From Balanoglossus misakiensis (Eukaryota; Animalia; Hemichordata): DNA of 64,000 bases. Below the pieces are notes generated by a model, which worked only from the letters and a program-made list of their open reading frames with translations, ran no database searches and was not told the DNA's origin. Below are positions 54,912 to 64,000 of the stretch, one piece after another (position 1 is the first letter of the stretch; each line of letters begins with the position of its first letter). The translations under genes were made by a program, and so were the position numbers. The stretch lies in NCBI GenBank assembly GCA_040954595.2, contig CM082578.2:11539166-11603165 (forward strand), in the 5' to 3' direction.

Positions 54912-56024
54912 TTACACGAAATGTTCTTCGGAATCCTCAGCGGCAATCTGCACCCTGTCTTCGGCGATCTTGTTGCCGAACGATTTCGCGTAGAGATCGT
55001 TGCCGTTGGCAACGACGGCGTTCGTCACGCAGGTGCTCTGTGAGACGTCGGAAAATTTCCGATTGTAGGTCGAAGCGAAACTGGTGCCGCGAGTTCGACC
55101 GGCTTCCAGCGGCCTGCAGCCGAAGCCTTGGGCAAAGGCGCGCCGGTAACGGGAGCACGTTATATTGTAAATCATCGGGTTGACGGCCGCGTTGATCATC
55201 AGTATGATGACGAAGATGGGGTTCCAACACCACAGCGCGTCGACGAAATCACTGTCGCCGGTGGCCAGGAAGTGAAAGTACGCGAGAAAGAACAGAGTCC
55301 GGGGAAAGAGGCAGATGAAAAACACGGCGGCGGTGACCACGCACAGCCTGACGACCTGGACTCGGTCCCTCTGTATTTTCTTCGAATGCTCCAGGTGTCC
55401 GGCCGACAAATGCAGTCGGCGGATGATGAAGCCGTAGAGTACGGTGACGAGCGCCATCGAGGCGAAATACAGGACGGCCATGATCAGCGAAGTGGCCCAC
55501 CACACGGCGACTTCGTCGTAGGCACTGTAGTCGACGTAACAATGGATGGTGTACAGGAATCCGTAGATAATTCCCAACACCCACAAGACAACGATCAGCG
55601 GGATTATCCTCTGCTTCTGACCGAGCCCACGCGTCTTGTAAAAGACCGGGTTGCATATGCCCAGGTATCTCTCAATGGCGATGGTCAAGACCGTAATTAT
55701 GGAGGTCGTGTACACGCCCGTGGTGAGGGTCCCCTTGACGCACATCACTCTCTGCCAGCCGACGTCGCCGGACGGTATCCAGGACGGCCGCAACGTGATG
55801 TGAAATAGCAGATAGACGAGGTCCGAAACACTCAGGCTGACGAGGAGGTAGTTGGTGGAACTTTGCAGGGACTTGACGCGCGCGGTGACGAACAGAAACG
55901 CCAGGTTGGAAAGCACCCCGACGATGCCCACGAACTCCGAAACAACCTCGACAGCGAGCGAGTCTGAGCAACCCCCGCTTTCGGCCGTGAGGTTGCTCAT
56001 CGACGTCGTCGTATTGTTCGCCAT
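54912..56024 (-). CDS. Rhodopsin-family (class A) GPCR, intronless CDS, 370 aa; orphan, peptide-receptor-like (TRH/GHS/NMU-receptor-like)
   Basis: ATG at 56024 (MANNTTTSMSNLT with N-glycosylation sequons). Seven hydrophobic segments: TM1 GVLSN, TM2 LVSLSVSD, TM3 Cys and IAIERYLGICNP, TM4 Trp, TM6 FFICLFP, TM7 NAAVNPMIY, plus helix 8 YRRAF. The CDS is GC-rich. Confidence 0.93.
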   Translation of the reverse strand: MANNTTTSMSNLTAESGGCSDSLAVEVVSEFVGIVGVLSNLAFLFVTARVKSLQSSTNYLLVSLSVSDLVYLLFHITLRPSWIPSGDVGWQRVMCVKGTLTTGVYTTSIITVLTIAIERYLGICNPVFYKTRGLGQKQRIIPLIVVLWVLGIIYGFLYTIHCYVDYSAYDEVAVWWATSLIMAVLYFASMALVTVLYGFIIRRLHLSAGHLEHSKKIQRDRVQVVRLCVVTAAVFFICLFPRTLFFLAYFHFLATGDSDFVDALWCWNPIFVIILMINAAVNPMIYNITCSRYRRAFAQGFGCRPLEAGRTRGTSFASTYNRKFSDVSQSTCVTNAVVANGNDLYAKSFGNKIAEDRVQIAAEDSEEHFV

Positions 56025-56649
56025 GTCGGTTCGTGCTTCGGACACAGGACTGAGTGGTTCTGTACGGTGACGGTCAAGTCAGTTCACACTGCACTGTTGA
56101 AATTCCTCTAGGTGATATATAGTCCCAAGGAATTGACGATTGTTTTTGTGTGTTTTTTTTTCGGTCAGGGTTGTTGAACTGTAGGTCACCACTGAGAAAT
56201 TGGTGTCGCGTCAGACAGATGTAGGCATCTTCGCACAGTTACCGATGATTTGAACGGGTCTCCGCGATTAGTGCTATGTCGTGATTTACACGAGTAGTAA
56301 AACACGGTGCACTCACTGGCATAAAACTGTTGAGGGAGTTGATAGCTGGACACTGATAAAAGCGATGAATACCACGTATACACTCACGTTGAGTTCGGCT
56401 TTACAAGATCCAATTACCATACATGTCCACTGGAAAACAACAGTCGCACGCGTAACAAGCAACACATTAAACCGAGATGTCATTCACTAAAGTTACACCC
56501 GAGGTTAGACTTGCTCGTTGTTGTCGCGGTACCTGATGAACACAAACTCGTCGAAGCGCGACTTTTCTCTCACCGTGACACTGTCAACCACGCTGTCATT
56601 GTTTCTGAGTGTGTTGTGTTGTGTTGTAAAGCTGTCAGAGGAAGGTGCA

Positions 56650-56722
56650 GTCCTTTTAAAAGCTATGGTGACATCACTGATGTTGCCCCGCCCTCAACGT
56701 TGGCGGCAGCTTGGCCAATCGT
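56650..56722 (-). promoter_or_regulatory. Possible GPCR promoter motif cluster
   Basis: TTTTAAAA (~56654-56661), TGACATCA (~56669-56676), GC box GCCCCGCCC (~56685-56693) and CCAAT (~56715-56719), about 650 bp upstream of the ATG. Motif match only. Confidence 0.3.
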
Positions 56723-59700
56723 GACGGCAGATAGGTTAGAATTTCTCAGTGGGAAGCTTTAGCAACAAAGAACTATCACGGCACTTGACTTTCGATTAAC
56801 TAAGCGGTCGTTCACCAGCGACTGTTCTGTTTGCGCCTCCGATTTTATGCCAGTCGCTAGTGACCGAGTACATCAACAAAAACACAAAACAGGTGTAAAC
56901 AAACGATTTCACCAGTACTCGATCCTAAAATTAAAATCCAAATTTCCACAAAGCTCAACCAGAGTCAGTGATAGTACTTTATCTGATATACCTGACGCAG
57001 GTGTTCACATGTGTGGCCGTATTCCTAGTACCGACACTAATCGTCGTGTAGTTGTAACAGAGAGCATATAGCTTGGCCCATTACACACATGTACCATGTA
57101 GTCCACACAGCTTTTCATGCCAGCTTGATCTGGGATGCGGCGAAGTTCCTTGCCCCCGTTGCATGGAAGTATAGCACAGACGTCATGATAACACTAACCA
57201 TGTATACACGTATATTAGTCCATGCTCCCGACGGGCTTAGCAAGTGTTGTGAACGAGATCCAATCGAGTACGAAGCTGTCTCACTTCAGCAAGTGTAAAC
57301 TACTGAGCGCTGGATATCACTGTCGGGTGTAACAGCAGGCTCACGCCGTTTGCCCAGAGTGGAATTCAACGTCAATTAGAGCGTTCAGACCAAGCGCCCC
57401 ACCCTGTCTTTTGTCGTCGCCCCGTCACTTTTGCCGAACATGGAATTTTCCTCGGAATTTCAAAACAGTGCCTCTCGAAGCAATGCGCCGATTTAGTCCG
57501 ACAAATGGTGACTCGATCGAGAGACCACAGTGAGGGTGATTCGCTGGATCAACAAGTCAACAGACGATTCTGTATCCAGGTGCGCAAGACACAATGCCCC
57601 GCATTTCGGTTACATTAACGGAATGCAGCGTGGTATTGTCCGACGACTTACAGAGGGTGCAACGAGCCTTTAAGCCAAGGAGTAAATTATAGCTCTATTA
57701 CGCAACCTCCTGCCTACAATACCTTCGCGCGTCTCTGCGTCATCATGTCATTTTGCACGCGTACGCTCCCGGAGGTGAGAAGATGGGGTTAGGGTCAAGT
57801 GCAAGTAGGAAAACAAACCTTGACCGGTGAAAGAAAAGAGACATTCCTCTATGGAATATCAATATTTTTACAGGTCACGCCACGATTCCACCTGTTAAGG
57901 GCGCGTTCAGTCACCATGGCCGGGGTGGACCATCTTTTTCCTCAAGGCATTGCAGAAGAATGTTAACATTTTTCCTCCTCACTACCTGCCAACTATCCCC
58001 CCAAATCCTCCACCCCTCCCCCCAAATTCAAATGACTCTCCCCTAAAGATTCAGAGATCAGTTTATTGGAAAACCATCAAGAATGTACACCTACATGTAG
58101 GCTATTTGTTTGGTAGAAGTGAGCTCAACGCTCCACTGCGCGATGTGCCGCGGCAAAGGGCATTGACCCCACCACTACCACCACCACACACGCACAAGTT
58201 CAGTTTAACGGATTTTTTTCTTCAAAAATTGGAAGATTAGACCACAAAATTATGAGATTAGGAACTGGATATTCGGAAATGATACTTGGTATTTCCACAT
58301 TGACAGGATTTCAATCAACTTCCTGCTGATAACTCGATTTGCTCATCGGCTAGCGATGGCGATGGCCGCTATTTGAGTCCTCTGCGAGTCTTAATCATGT
58401 TAAGCCCTGGCTTATCGTCTCTTAACCTGGAGGCGAGCTCAGCTTCACTCGCAGGTCTCAGATACTATCGTCTCATAATTTTCCGTCTTCATATTGAGTC
58501 CCCTTAATAACCACGGTCTATTAAACATATAGAGTTCTTTAATATCACGCTTCCATTAACGTAAATATACTGTACACAGGTGACGGACGCACTTTGCCAT
58601 GGTGAATTTTCACCGAACTCGAAACATTGCCCAATTCGGAGCAACGATCTCAGACTTTCTGGATAATTACGATATTTTGGTAATATAAAAACACCATAAT
58701 ATTAAACGAGATATAGCAGGAGTTTTAAGTATGGCCCGCCATGATATTAGATCGCCGTATAGACGTGATTTCGAGTCCACGACAGAAAATGTTTGCCGAA
58801 ATGCGTTTATTCTCTTTTGGCTTATGCATATACTTTGCATTTGGTGGAAACAAACAACATGTATCATGACGTACTTGGCTTTCGTGAATCAGTTGCTTGA
58901 GAGTTATTGTGCAAAAGGCACGTCCCCTTAGTAAACATACATGCCACCATGACAAAACGGTTATTCGTCCTCGTCTGTAACGACGTCGCCATGGATACCT
59001 CGTGTAAAAAACAAGAAGGCTCCTTTGCCATAAGTAGGACTTGGATGCTCTTTGACGCCAATATAAATCTATAGCTTCTTCGTCCCCTTTATGTTGAACT
59101 GGTTCATTTCCCCTTATTGGGTCTCCTGCCTCCCCGGCTGCTAATGGCTACATTAGTTATGACGTCATGTGCGTAGGTGCACTCGAGCTCTGCGCCGTTT
59201 TCCATTCTACAAAGTGATAACACCATCCCTCCGGAAAGATTTATTTTTGTATGTTTTGAACTCGTACCATTTATAATTTTGATTTATTGGAAGGAAAGTG
59301 CTAGTTCTCCACGCATCAGCAGTGTACACCAGAGATAATTTGTCCGCATTTTATATAGCACTACAGAGTTCATCATTCATTCCATGAAATATGTATTTTC
59401 ACTTCAGATTGTAAGTACCCCCGAATTGGTATTAAGCATACATGTAGTTTAATTTTTTTCCAAGGATTTGTTTATCGACGATTTTCCGGAATAAGCTCTC
59501 GCGATCTTGTTCAGATGGAGAAGCCTGACCACACAACGGTCCCTGGTTCCTTGCACTCCTCCAAACACATTTCCGTCTCAAGACGTGACAGAGGCCAGAT
59601 TACAGTGAATATAGACATAGGCGTTCATATCCTGTTTTAATCACGTCCATGTTTCCAAGCTGTGTCCGATAAAATATATGTTGCGAATTTGTCGCTGGTT

Positions 59701-62700
59701 TCCCGCCGTAATTTTATCTTGTAAATTCTGTACGAGTCGATTCAAATGTTAATCGTGCGTCACCGCCGATTCTAATGCCGCCAAAAGAAAATTAAATTGC
59801 ACATATTTGCGTATGTGTGACGTCACTGATGACATTAGATCATTGTTCGATTTGTATGGTCTTATGAATTTTCTCTTTCAAATGATAAAAACAAATATTG
59901 GCATTTTCATTTCTTTGATGTTTATCTGTAGCAACCTTTTCAAGATTCAGTACATCGACCGCCAGCAATCAGAAAACCTTCAAAATAGCTAGTGACAAGG
60001 GTCGTTTACGTACAAACAGGAAAGTCGGAAAGACTCGGTTCCGACAGTTGTCTCCATTTTATAGAGAAGACTTCTATCGTCTCCCTTTTATGGCCATTTT
60101 AATGAGCTCACAAGACACGGTAGCTAAAAGTTATGTTACTGGAAATGGCCGAATACAAGTTGATTTACATCTTTAAACGACACGAGGGCCAACCTCATGG
60201 AAGTTCTGCGTAAAAGTAGAATGTTTACGGTCCAACTCATGTCAACGTGTCTCCGCCCCATTTGCAAAGCCGGATTTATGTTGTCACGTGGCACTGTCTT
60301 GTACAGTACACATATCAGGGATATCCACGTTCCACCTATTAAAATTACCCGTAGCAGATCAGGGCAGCCCCTTAGTACAGCCGCGGGATAGGATCAAAAT
60401 CACCGGAATTTGGGCATTTCTTGGGGATAGAGCAATGCACTATAAGGGTGGTGGTGGGGAAGTGGCCAAAAGTAATTAAAGAACACCTTCCTCGAAGTCA
60501 CAAAGTCAACCACCTATAGATGACCTGTACAACTTCGGTAACAAATATTAGGCCAATGACATTTTAATTACAAGAAAAGGTCAAACCTGACAGACAACTA
60601 ATTTGTTTTCTATCCAGCTGTGTGCATAACGATGTGTTTGTGAACGCTTTAAACTTGTAGGTAAAGCCACGCACGTACCAAAATAGAAATTGCCAAAACA
60701 AGGCATAACACGTCGGTATTTCTAAAGTTGAAACTTGTATTGTACCCAGGCCCGTATTGTACGGAAAAGAACAGGTCTGACATGACTGCATGATCGGACA
60801 TGACTGAACTAATTGTGTGTGGTTTTCCAAACCTCGTAAAATCTATAAAAAATACGATTATAAAACTATAAGAACTTGTCATAATGAAAAAACCCCACAG
60901 CAAATGGTTGTTGTGACTGGGCTTTGTGAGAAATGACTCCACTGATAGTAGATGCGAAATTGTAATATGTCCGTCATTATGTAAATTACATTGAGGCCTT
61001 TGTTGTTGACAACAATATCTGGGGTCAAACTAGCCGGTTATTAGAAAATGAAGAAATAACAAAATGATTTATTTTTGACAGTTGGTTAGATATAACATTT
61101 ACATGAACGTTTTGTCTGTATAGAAAATGAAAATTGTTAACCCGAGTGGGTTCTGTGTCGTTAATTTTACTTTTCCATTCAATGTGCAACAAGAGTAGAG
61201 ATGCACCAAAGGGTATGATGGATGCTGTGTGATGGATGTGTTTCTTAGAGGTTGGACTGGCAGCGACTTTCTGAGCAACACGTGTCATCAACGACCTGGC
61301 GAAAACAAGTAGACGATAGGGCGATGCACCATAAATTGTTACTGACACTCTTTTGGTTTATCGCTGGTTTTATTTGTTGTAAGCATTCGATTATTTATGC
61401 CGCGAGACATGCTTCGCATTCGCCGTCGTATAGTCGACGACGCGACTATATACCATTTCATGTACTAGTATCTTTTGCACTATGTTTATCCGTTTCCACC
61501 CACCCACACCCGACTTTTGCCCGACCAAGAGCGTAAGGCATTTGCGTTGGTTGAATCGCATTCTGACACTTATCAAAATTATTACAACGCCTTAGTAACG
61601 TCGGTCAATACAACTTTTGCATCGAAGTGTCGCCCTAAATAATAAATTATATTTTATGATATGCGATACAGTAGGCCTATATATCATCTCTTACAAATGT
61701 GAGCTTCTTCCGATAGACGTAAGCACGTCCCAGCTGCACGTCTGTACCTGCAGCGCAATGACTTCCTCCACTCTGAGTGGGCGATACAGCGCAGAAACAG
61801 AGAGGCGGTGCACAAAAATGATGACGTAAAAGACACTGACATATGATTAAATATATTGATATCCAGCCAGACAACAGTACCATTATCGATTGCGCAGAGA
61901 GAGAGTCAAAATAAATAAATAGATTTAGTAGCTAAGTTAAACTCGTAAATATTGACGAAGGGAATTCTTTATGTGACCCACAAAGGCGACTTTTTTGACC
62001 CGAATTGTTTCTGCTATTCTTGATCTCTTCTTCGCTGATTTACAACCCGACAAATTTCAATCTTATTAGCATTGATGCAACGTACTGTAACGGCGCTTTT
62101 ATTTCAGAGTTTCGCTTCTTGGTACAAAACCGCGCCTCACAAAGAAACCAAAGAAGGCTACTACGTTTCACGTGGGACGGATGCGAGAAATTCCAGATTT
62201 CCCGGCGATCATGGCCTATGGGAGTATCTGTCTCACTGACAGCAATACGTGTTTATAGTTTCGTTCAGGGGTCGGGTGATTGAGTGAATTGAGATCCTTA
62301 AAGGCCAGCGGAAGCGTCGATCACGTAAATGGCATCCAAGGGTTTACGAATTGAGCAGATCCATCCGCCACATACGGGTATCCAGTCCCCCCCCCCCCCC
62401 CCCGCTGTAACATGATGCAACTTCCAACTGCTACGCCATCATCCAAGCAGGGATGATTTCATTTGTCACAGAACTTATTTTTCTAGTATCATACCGGCAC
62501 AAAGAAAACCCAAGCTATTTCGAAATTGGCTATGGTATAAGCTCATCTGCCATGCGTGCTAAAAAATCCAGCGGAGTCAAGCGCTCAATACGCGCTACAA
62601 CAGAACACTTGATAGGCCATGGCCTGATTACTTCAAGTATGTGTATTGATGGAGAAAACATCCTGTACTCTCACAGATCCCAGCGAGTGTAATTTTCCAG

Positions 62701-64000
62701 TGTTGTCCTATGCCCCGTTAGTCACTGTGTATGGAATGTACTGTATATCGATGTTCAGGGCCATTTGCGGGATCGTGGCAGCAGGTTTTTGACCTGTAGA
62801 TAATCTCGCGGGGAGTTCTTGAAAGGAGACCGGTAAATGCGCCAGGGAAAATACTTTAACTGCTTTTGAACATATAGGCATATAGCGATTCATAGACTTG
62901 TCGCAGAAACAATTATAGTCTCACTTTTTCCATCGGGCGAGCAACATGAATGTGAGTTCATTAGTTTCGATGATTGATAACATACTTCTAACGATTTCAG
63001 ATATGGTTATTGAACACTCTATCTAGAATATCTCTGACCATTTTGACCTGCCTGCATTTTTTTCTGCCTGTGCGTTCGCGGTTCCTTCGGCGTCCCTCCC
63101 CTCTCTCCCCCTCTCCCTTTCGCCAAAAATTAAATCAGTGCATTTTCGTATCACACATGTAGAAAAAGGTAGAAGCCGTGGCAGCAGCAGTAACAAAAAA
63201 CAACAACAACAATTGCAACAATAACAACAGAACAGAAGTTTGCTTGCCCCCTTTTTCGGCCGGCTACTCAGTGAAAATGCGAAAGGAAAGTCCACTGTCC
63301 GATCAGTCAGTGACCCCAGTCTTGCCCAACAGTGTATAGATTCAATCATGGCTGATTCAATCGGGAGAGTCTCTCTAAACCTTTACGTTGATAGCATTAA
63401 ACATGTTTAATAGTGCATAAGGTATTTAAACCCCTTTCATCAAAATCAATGCGATTTCAATGGAGAATTGTATAAAACATTCAGATGTTGTCTCGCTGGT
63501 GGCAAAAGGTCTTTTTGACCTGTTCAGATTTTTGCAATGCAATTTCCGAAATAGTATCGCTTTGTTCTATCGTGTGAATTTTGTTACATCAATCGACGAT
63601 GTCATTCTTTCACAATTATTTCAATTAACTCAACTATGTTGAAAGAGATTTTAAAGTATGATCGCATTACAAAAGAAACGCATGGAACTTTTAACCCACT
63701 TGACAAGCGATGGTTTTCTAGAGTCTTCACCTAATTTGGATTAAGGAGGAGACCTTACTATAAATCAGCAAGAGAGATAGTTTGACAAAAAAACCAAGCC
63801 TTGTCATCTTGAATATCAGTTATTTGCACGTGCCCAGTAAGACTTCAATCCGCACTACTCTAAGGCAAAGTTCGATGACCTGACCCGCATCACATATCTG
63901 GACAGCGTTGTAACTGACCATGCAGTGCTGTAAATCAACACGTCTTTCAAAAGAAACCGAATCTTTAATCCTCCGGAATAACACGATTACTGAAGTACAA

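Noticed and set aside
55128-55808. 226-aa plus-strand ORF overlapping the GPCR
   Set aside because: Antisense ORF expected from the GC3-rich codons of the GPCR; no recognisable motifs.

Overview
Animal genomic DNA: AT-rich, intron-rich, with GT-AG introns. It looks like an invertebrate deuterostome, but that is an inference. I can reconstruct five protein-coding genes by hand. (1) The last two exons of a Cu/Zn superoxide dismutase (1-385, +). (2) A 27-kb, 62-exon gene (1770-28904, +) encoding a ~3,180-aa secreted mosaic protein: signal peptide, 3 FN3, 4 copies of an 8-Cys module I cannot name, 31 WAP, 10 thyroglobulin type-1 (TY) domains, and a central Cys-free acidic Gly/Leu repeat with a Ser-Gly glycosaminoglycan motif. 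(3) IDH3G (29995-34755, +, 11 exons), including a 21-nt microexon followed by a structured intron segment. (4) An HSD11B1L-like SDR (37304-39100, +, 4 exons). (5) A class A GPCR with an intronless CDS (54912-56024, -). The regions 39.1-54.9 kb and 56-64 kb appear non-coding. The best candidate for an undescribed system is the giant WAP/TY gene. Almost all of its introns are phase 1, so modules can be duplicated or skipped in frame, and it shows unequal crossing-over and exon-restricted gene conversion. Second is a possible RNA-structure splicing switch at the IDH3G microexon. All gene models are manual and no database searches were run.
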